The notes beneath the pieces are model-generated. The model saw nothing but the letters and a program-made list of their open reading frames with translations. It ran no database searches and was not told the DNA's origin. From NCBI RefSeq assembly GCF_052907605.1, contig NZ_CM128582.1: a stretch of DNA of 32,000 nt. The stretch is one strand, 5' to 3'. Shown piece by piece: positions 25,378-32,000 of this stretch. How positions within the stretch are numbered: the first letter of the stretch is position 1; each line of letters begins with the position of its first letter. Both the position numbers and the translations under genes were made by a program.

Positions 25378-26369
25378 TGCGTATTCGCTACGGTTGGGAA
25401 CTGGCTCTTGCCGCACTGCTCGTTATTGAGATTGTCGCATTTGGTGCAATTAACCCGCGGATGTTAGATCTCAATATGTTGCTGTTCAGCACCAGTGACT
25501 TTATCTGCATTGGCATTGTCGCCCTACCGCTGACGATGGTGATTGTCAGTGGCGGGATCGATATTTCGTTTGGTTCGACCATCGGCCTCTGCGCCATTGC
25601 ATTGGGCGTACTGTTTCAAAGTGGTGTGCCGATGCCGCTGGCGATACTCCTGACCTTACTGCTCGGCGCATTGTGCGGGCTGATCAACGCCGGATTAATT
25701 ATCTATACCAAAGTTAACCCGCTGGTGATTACGCTTGGCACGCTGTATCTGTTTGCCGGAAGCGCTCTGCTGCTTTCCGGTATGGCCGGAGCGACGGGGT
25801 ACGAAGGTATTGGTGGATTCCCGATGGCGTTTACAGATTTCGCTAACCTGGATGTGCTGGGACTCCCCGTTCCGCTGATTATCTTCCTGATATGTCTCCT
25901 CGTTTTCTGGCTCTGGCTGCATAAAACCCATGCCGGACGTAATGTGTTTTTGATTGGGCAAAGCCCGCGCGTGGCGCTTTATAGCGCGATTCCAGTTAAC
26001 CGCACCTTATGTGCGCTCTATGCCATGACGGGGCTGGCGTCTGCGGTCGCCGCTGTGCTGCTGGTATCGTATTTTGGTTCAGCACGTTCCGATCTCGGTG
26101 CGTCGTTTCTGATGCCCGCCATCACCGCCGTGGTGCTTGGCGGTGCCAATATTTATGGTGGTTCCGGTTCCATTATCGGCACCGCCATTGCGGTTTTATT
26201 AGTGGGATATTTGCAACAAGGTTTGCAAATGGCAGGAGTGCCAAATCAGGTGTCCAGCGCACTTTCCGGTGCGCTACTTATCGTCGTTGTCGTAGGTCGT
26301 TCCGTTAGCCTGCATCGCCAGCAAATTAAAGAGTGGCTGGCGCGTCGGGCCAATAACCCATTGCCATAA
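25377..26369 (+). CDS. lsrD: AI-2 ABC transporter permease
   Basis: 330-aa polytopic membrane protein. ATG overlaps the lsrC stop by 1 nt (TAATG). Confidence 0.95.
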
Positions 26370-26380
26370 AGGATATCTTC

Positions 26381-27403
26381 ATGACACTTCATCGCTTTAA
26401 GAAAATCGCCTTACTTAGCGTTCTTGGCATTGCCGCAATCTCTATGAATGTGCAGGCCGCAGAGCGTATTGCATTTATTCCCAAACTGGTTGGCGTGGGA
26501 TTTTTTACCAGCGGTGGCAACGGCGCACAACAAGCGGGTAAAGAGCTGGGCGTTGATGTGACCTACGACGGGCCGACAGAACCCAGTGTTTCTGGTCAGG
26601 TACAGTTGATTAATAACTTCGTCAATCAAGGTTATAACGCCATTATCGTTTCTGCGGTTTCGCCTGATGGCTTGTGTCCGGCACTGAAACGCGCCATGCA
26701 ACGTGGTGTGAGAGTGCTGACCTGGGACTCTGATACTAAACCGGAGTGCCGCTCTTACTACATTAATCAGGGAACGCCCGCCCAGTTGGGAGGTATGTTG
26801 GTGGATATGGCGGCGCGTCAGGTGAATAAAGACAAAGCCAAAGTCGCGTTTTTCTACTCAAGCCCCACCGTTACGGACCAAAACCAGTGGGTGCAAGAAG
26901 CGAAAGCGAAAATCGCCAAAGAGCATCCTGGCTGGGAAATTGTCACTACGCAGTTTGGCTATAACGATGCCACTAAATCATTACAAACCGCAGAAGGAAT
27001 ATTAAAAGCGTATAGCGATCTCGACGCCATTATCGCCCCCGATGCCAACGCCCTGCCCGCTGCCGCACAAGCCGCAGAAAACTTGAAAAATGACAAAGTA
27101 GCGATTGTCGGATTCAGTACGCCAAACGTGATGCGTCCATATGTGGAACGCGGCACGGTGAAAGAATTTGGCCTGTGGGATGTGGTTCAGCAAGGCAAAA
27201 TTTCAGTGTATGTCGCGGATGCATTATTGAAAAAAGGATCAATGAAAACGGGCGACAAGCTGGATATCCAGGGAGTAGGTCAGGTTGAAGTCTCGCCAAA
27301 TAGCGTTCAGGGCTATGACTACGAAGCGGATGGTAATGGCATCGTACTGTTACCGGAGCGCGTGATATTCAACAAAGAGAATATCGGCAAATACGATTTC
27401 TGA
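26381..27403 (+). CDS. lsrB: Periplasmic AI-2 binding protein
   Basis: 340 aa with a signal peptide (..NVQA/AER) and a periplasmic sugar-binding fold. Confidence 0.95.
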   Translation: MTLHRFKKIALLSVLGIAAISMNVQAAERIAFIPKLVGVGFFTSGGNGAQQAGKELGVDVTYDGPTEPSVSGQVQLINNFVNQGYNAIIVSAVSPDGLCPALKRAMQRGVRVLTWDSDTKPECRSYYINQGTPAQLGGMLVDMAARQVNKDKAKVAFFYSSPTVTDQNQWVQEAKAKIAKEHPGWEIVTTQFGYNDATKSLQTAEGILKAYSDLDAIIAPDANALPAAAQAAENLKNDKVAIVGFSTPNVMRPYVERGTVKEFGLWDVVQQGKISVYVADALLKKGSMKTGDKLDIQGVGQVEVSPNSVQGYDYEADGNGIVLLPERVIFNKENIGKYDF

Positions 27404-27429
27404 TGTGCATTACTTAACCGGAGTAAGTT

Positions 27430-28305
27430 ATGGCAGATTTAGACGATATTAAAGATGGTAAAGATTTTCGTACCGATCAACCGCAACAAAATATCCCTTT
27501 TACCCTGAAAGGTTGCGGTGCGCTGGATTGGGGAATGCAGTCACGCTTATCGCGGATATTTAATCCGAAAACGGGTAATACCGTGATGCTGGCCTTTGAT
27601 CATGGTTATTTTCAGGGGCCGACTACCGGACTTGAACGCATTGATATAAATATCGCCCCGCTGTTTGAACATGCCGATGTATTAATGTGTACGCGCGGCA
27701 TTTTGCGCAGCGTAGTTCCCCCAGCGACCAATAAGCCGGTGGTACTGCGGGCGTCAGGTGCGAACTCTATTCTGGCGGAATTAAGTAATGAAGCCGTGGC
27801 GTTATCGATGGATGATGCCGTGCGCCTGAACAGTTGCGCGGTGGCGGCGCAGGTTTATATCGGCAGCGAATATGAACATCAGTCGATCAAAAATATTATT
27901 CAACTGGTTGATGCCGGAATGAAAGTGGGAATGCCGACCATGGCCGTGACTGGCGTGGGCAAAGATATGGTGCGCGATCAGCGTTATTTCTCGCTCGCGA
28001 CTCGAATCGCCGCTGAAATGGGGGCGCAAATTATCAAAACCTATTATGTCGAAAAAGGTTTTGAACGGATTGTTGCCGGATGTCCGGTACCCATTGTTAT
28101 TGCTGGCGGTAAAAAATTACCGGAGCGCGAGGCGCTGGAAATGTGCTGGCAGGCTATCGATCAGGGCGCTTCTGGTGTGGATATGGGGCGTAATATTTTC
28201 CAGTCTGACCATCCGGTGGCGATGATGAAAGCCGTACAGGCGGTGGTTCACCATAACGAAACGGCTGATCGGGCATATGAACTCTATCTGAGTGAAAAAC
28301 AGTAA
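27430..28305 (+). CDS. lsrF: Class I aldolase-like P-DPD thiolase
   Basis: 291 aa, DeoC/FbaB-like, in lsr synteny. Confidence 0.95.
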   Translation: MADLDDIKDGKDFRTDQPQQNIPFTLKGCGALDWGMQSRLSRIFNPKTGNTVMLAFDHGYFQGPTTGLERIDINIAPLFEHADVLMCTRGILRSVVPPATNKPVVLRASGANSILAELSNEAVALSMDDAVRLNSCAVAAQVYIGSEYEHQSIKNIIQLVDAGMKVGMPTMAVTGVGKDMVRDQRYFSLATRIAAEMGAQIIKTYYVEKGFERIVAGCPVPIVIAGGKKLPEREALEMCWQAIDQGASGVDMGRNIFQSDHPVAMMKAVQAVVHHNETADRAYELYLSEKQ

Positions 28306-28328
28306 CTGCGGATTTAAGGAGAAGAATT

Positions 28329-28619
28329 ATGCACGTCACACTGGTTGAAATTAACGTTCATGAAGACAAGGTTGACGAGTTTATCGAAGTTTTTCGCCAG
28401 AACCACCTGGGCTCTGTACAGGAAGAAGGCAATTTGCGCTTCGATGTCTTACAGGACCCGGAAGTGAATTCGCGCTTTTATATCTACGAAGCCTATAAAG
28501 ATGAAGACGCAGTGGCGTTCCATAAAACCACGCCCCACTACAAAACCTGTGTCGCGAAACTGGAATCTTTAATGACCGGGCCGCGTAAAAAACGTCTGTT
28601 CAATGGTTTGATGCCGTGA
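28329..28619 (+). CDS. lsrG: Phospho-AI-2 isomerase (ABM-fold)
   Basis: 96 aa: [26 protein letters not shown]... Confidence 0.95.
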   Translation: MHVTLVEINVHEDKVDEFIEVFRQNHLGSVQEEGNLRFDVLQDPEVNSRFYIYEAYKDEDAVAFHKTTPHYKTCVAKLESLMTGPRKKRLFNGLMP

Positions 28620-28675
28620 GGCGAATTTATCAATTTTATCTACAATTGGGGTAACGCGCTGACGGGAGTAAAAAA

Positions 28676-29434
28676 ATGTCTGACTGGAACCCCTCTTTAT
28701 ATTTGCACTTTTCCGCTGAACGATCGCGTCCGGCGGTGGAGCTGCTTGCCAGAGTGCCGCTGGAAAATGTCGAATATGTTGCCGATCTTGGCTGTGGCCC
28801 AGGTAACAGCACCGCCCTTCTACAACAACGTTGGCCTGCGGCCAGGATAACAGGCATCGACTCGTCTCCGGCGATGATTGCTGAAGCGCGCAGTGCTTTG
28901 CCAGACTGCCAGTTCGTGGAAGCAGACATCCGCAACTGGCAACCGGTACAGGCACTCGATCTGATTTTTGCTAATGCCTCACTGCAATGGCTGCCCGACC
29001 ACTACGAATTGTTTCCTCATCTGGTTTCTTTACTTAATCCGCAGGGCGTGCTGGCAGTACAGATGCCAGATAACTGGCTGGAGCCGACCCATGTGCTCAT
29101 GCGCGAAGTTGCCTGGGAACAAAACTACCCGGATCGCGGGCGTGAGCCGTTGGCTGGCGTTCATGCTTACTACGATATTTTGAGCGAAGCCGGATGTGAG
29201 GTCGATATCTGGCGAACCACCTACTATCACCAGATGCCGTCACACCAGGCGATTATCGATTGGGTGACTGCCACTGGATTACGTCCGTGGTTACAGGATC
29301 TGACCGAGAGCGAACAGCAGCTTTTTCTTAAGCGCTACCATCAGATGCTGGAAGAGCAGTATCCACTGCAAGAGAACGGACAGATACTGCTGGCATTTCC
29401 GCGTCTGTTTATTGTTGCCCGGCGTATGGAGTAA
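28676..29434 (+). CDS. tam: Trans-aconitate 2-methyltransferase
   Basis: 252 aa with a SAM-binding motif ([12 protein letters not shown]). Confidence 0.9.
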
Positions 29435-29437
29435 ATA

Positions 29438-30352
29438 TCACGTCAGCTGGTAATGACGATCGGGAAGAATTTTTGCTGGAATTTCGGCTTCATCGTTCAT
29501 CTGTAACAGGTCAATTTCAATAGCGTTGCAGATGGCATCCAGTGGTAAATCATTGTTTTCAGTACCGAACGGATCTTCCAGTTCTTCCGCCAGACAATCC
29601 AGCGAAATAAAAGTGTAGGAAATCAGCACAGAGATAAAAGGCGTCATGTAATGCAGGTCCACGACCAGCGCGAACGGCAGCATGATACAAAACAGATAAA
29701 CGGTACGATGCAAAATCAGGGTGTAGGCAAAGGGAATTGGCGTATAGGCAATGCGCTCGCATCCTGCCAGGACCGCTGAAATATCATTAAGCCGATCGTT
29801 GAGGCTAATAAACAGGATATCTGAAAGCTGTCCATTGCGGCGCTGAACCGCCAACCATTCTCCCATTATTAACAAGATACGGTTAGCTGGAGAGTTCGAA
29901 GCCAGTACACGCTGAAGATCTTTAGTCTTGAGATAATGAGCCAGCACTTCCGCCTGTGGCTGTTTGCGTAATGTCATGCGTAAACAGTGGGCGAAAGCGA
30001 TTTGCAGCCGGGCAAACTCCCTTACACTTGCCGAATCCGGCAATGTCGTTTTTACCTCGCGCAGTAACGACCGTGAGGCAATCATCAACTGCCCCCAAAG
30101 TTTTCGCGCTTCAACGTAACGGGCGTACCCGGCATTATTACGAAAACCAAGAAAAATGGCGATGGCGACACCGAGAATGCTGAACGGTGCGAGGGTGAAT
30201 TTGATGCCCAGATGCGTGTACCAGGGCAGCATGAAAATAACAGCGATAGAAAAGAGAAAATTGAGTAGTAAGCGCGAGGATATCTTGGATAATACTGAGC
30301 CGTGCCAGACAAAAATACGGCGCAGCCAGTGTTGTTGTGGACGAACAATCAT
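29438..30352 (-). CDS. yneE: Bestrophin-family membrane protein
   Basis: 304 aa from MIVRPQQHWLRRIFVWHGSVL. The track ORF carries a 17-codon upstream extension. It is convergent with tam, with the stops 3 bp apart. Confidence 0.85.
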   Translation of the reverse strand: MIVRPQQHWLRRIFVWHGSVLSKISSRLLLNFLFSIAVIFMLPWYTHLGIKFTLAPFSILGVAIAIFLGFRNNAGYARYVEARKLWGQLMIASRSLLREVKTTLPDSASVREFARLQIAFAHCLRMTLRKQPQAEVLAHYLKTKDLQRVLASNSPANRILLIMGEWLAVQRRNGQLSDILFISLNDRLNDISAVLAGCERIAYTPIPFAYTLILHRTVYLFCIMLPFALVVDLHYMTPFISVLISYTFISLDCLAEELEDPFGTENNDLPLDAICNAIEIDLLQMNDEAEIPAKILPDRHYQLT

Positions 30353-30486
30353 GGTTATCTTCAGGCGTGGAAAAGTCGCCCTATTAAACGTGATTACGAT
30401 CACATTCTCAAGATGCTACTTACAAATTACCTACAAGCTTACAACATTAGCAGGCGCTGCATGTGGCACCTGTTAATGATAAAGGC

Positions 30487-30509
30487 ATATAGGATGTTGT
30501 AACTAATAT
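30487..30509 (+). other. terC: TerC, a Tus-binding replication terminator
   Basis: ATATAGGATGTTGTAACTAATAT contains the invariant Ter core GTTGTAAC and matches my recollection of the 23-bp TerC sequence. It lies in the yneE-uxaB spacer and is oriented to arrest forks moving toward higher coordinates. Confidence 0.85.
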
Positions 30510-30513
30510 AGTG

Positions 30514-30541
30514 AAATAAGAAACCCGGTCGAAACCGGGTT
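30514..30541 (-). terminator. Rho-independent terminator of uxaB
   Basis: The minus strand reads AACCCGGT-TTCG-ACCGGGTT followed by TCTTATTT, about 17 nt after the uxaB stop. Confidence 0.7.
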
Positions 30542-30558
30542 CAGAAGTAACGGTGTTA

Positions 30559-32000
30559 TTAGCACAACGGACGTACAGCTTCGCGCATCCCTTTTTCAAG
30601 AATCGCATCCAGGTCATTAGCAACCTGCTCGACCAGACCAGGCACTTGCGTCAGGTCCTGCTCCCAGTGGTCTTTTTCTGCCAAAACAATCGCTACCAGT
30701 TCCTGGGTGCCGATAACACGGTCACGATGCTGGCTCCAGAGTTGCTGATAACGTTCCAGCCAGTGTGCATCGTCCTGTACCGGATATGTTTCTCCGTTAC
30801 GCTCACCGCGATAGAAGGCAATCAATGCCGCTAATGCGAAAGTAAGGCGCGCCGGAAGTGTGCCTTTTGCCTTCTGCCCTGCCAGCAGCTGCGGCAGGAT
30901 GCGAGTGCGGAACTTGGTCATACCGTTGAGCGCGATAGACAGCAGCTGATGCTTAATGTACGGGTTACGGAAACGCCCGGTGACTGCACTGGCGAAAGAT
31001 TCCAGTTCATCACGAGGCAAATCCAGTACCGGAATAATTTCTTCGTAGATAGCTTTTTCAACGAATGCGCAAATTTCAGCATCGTTCATCGCTTCACCTA
31101 CGGTATCCAGCCCTGCCTGGAACGCCACCGGCACCAGCGCGGTGTGCGCACCGTTGAGGATTGCCACTTTGCGTTCTTTGTACGGTTTAATATCGTCAAC
31201 AATCAGCACGTTGAGCGGATATTTGTCCAGACGCAGTTCAGTCGCTAAGGATTTCGGTCCCTGAATCACAAACAGGTAAAAGTGTTCAGCGGTGTCGAGA
31301 AAACCATCGTGATAACCCAATTCTTCTTCCAGTTTAGCCACTTCATCGCGCGGATAACCGGTAACGATACGGTCCACCAGCGTAGAACAGAAGCTGTTAG
31401 CCTGATCCAGCCATTGAATAAATGCTTCTGGCAGTGCCCACTCTTGCGCATAGCGCAGCACCAGTTCACGCAACGCGTCGCCATTGTAGTCAATCAACTC
31501 ACACGGAATGATGATCCAACCTTTATCCAGCGCACCGTTGAAATGGCTAAAGCGTTCGAACAGCAGACGGGTCAGTTTTGCCGGATAGCTTACCGCTGGC
31601 GCGTCATCGAATTTATCGCCCGCATGGTAGCTGATACCCGCTTCGGTGGTGTTAGAGAAAACAAAGCGCATTTCCGGGTTGTGCGCCAGTTTCAGGAATT
31701 CATCGTATTCACTGTAGACGCTGATTTCACGATTAACCGAGCGAATCAGACGCGCGTCGCTGACCGCTTCCCCCTTCTCATTCAGGCCACGGATAATGGT
31801 GGTGTACAGACCATCCTGCGTGCTCAGTGACGGCGGGAATGAAGTTTCAATCGGACGAACAACGACCACGCCAGAATTCAGATCGGTGTGCTCATTCAGG
31901 AGATCGATTTGCCAGTCAACAAAGGCGCGCAGGAAGTTACCTTCACCAAAATGAATGATACGTTCTGGATACTGTGCACCGGGAAAATCGCGACGATTTA
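30559..32000 (-). CDS. uxaB: Altronate oxidoreductase (tagaturonate reductase); the first few codons lie beyond the window
   Basis: The ORF continues upstream of the track's internal Met to the window edge (..[55 protein letters not shown]..) and ends ..MREAVRPLC. Confidence 0.9.
   Translation of the reverse strand, partial: NRRDFPGAQYPERIIHFGEGNFLRAFVDWQIDLLNEHTDLNSGVVVVRPIETSFPPSLSTQDGLYTTIIRGLNEKGEAVSDARLIRSVNREISVYSEYDEFLKLAHNPEMRFVFSNTTEAGISYHAGDKFDDAPAVSYPAKLTRLLFERFSHFNGALDKGWIIIPCELIDYNGDALRELVLRYAQEWALPEAFIQWLDQANSFCSTLVDRIVTGYPRDEVAKLEEELGYHDGFLDTAEHFYLFVIQGPKSLATELRLDKYPLNVLIVDDIKPYKERKVAILNGAHTALVPVAFQAGLDTVGEAMNDAEICAFVEKAIYEEIIPVLDLPRDELESFASAVTGRFRNPYIKHQLLSIALNGMTKFRTRILPQLLAGQKAKGTLPARLTFALAALIAFYRGERNGETYPVQDDAHWLERYQQLWSQHRDRVIGTQELVAIVLAEKDHWEQDLTQVPGLVEQVANDLDAILEKGMREAVRPLC

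Overview
E. coli-type chromosome terminus region. The backbone order matches K-12: ydeP (partial), ydeQ-ydeR-ydeS, a ydeT usher remnant, a yneL remnant, dif, hipA-hipB, a yneO-like autotransporter pseudogene, lsrK-lsrR, lsrACDBFG, tam, yneE, TerC, uxaB (partial). The main feature is an apparently intact filamentous (inovirus) prophage of about 8.78 kb with Ff gene order, inserted exactly at dif (about 5610..14401, all core genes on the minus strand). Reading along the minus strand, the order is: divergent RHH regulator, two-tyrosine HUH Rep, gV-position protein, two small hydrophobic proteins, major coat, terminator, gIII-like adsorption protein with a Gly/Ser linker, gVI-like, pI/Zot ATPase, a 786-bp non-coding region, pIV secretin. 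The left junction is a perfect dif core. The right junction carries two inverted dif-like sites that would fold in the viral ssDNA into a forked hairpin: paired XerC and XerD arms around a mismatched centre. This is the CTXphi-type integration substrate. The gI-gIV spacer holds a 339-bp tandem repeat (2.2 copies). Each unit starts with about 68 nt that closely resembles, from my memory of the vector sequence, the ColE1/pBR322 PriA (factor Y, n') primosome assembly site. This suggests a PriA-dependent complementary-strand origin present three times. Terminus landmarks are also readable: TerC, one matS, and KOPS polarity that flips at dif. I found no tRNA, rRNA, CRISPR array or IS element. The prophage probably belongs to the dif-integrating CUS-1/Ypf-phi group known from the literature, but I cannot verify identity without a search.
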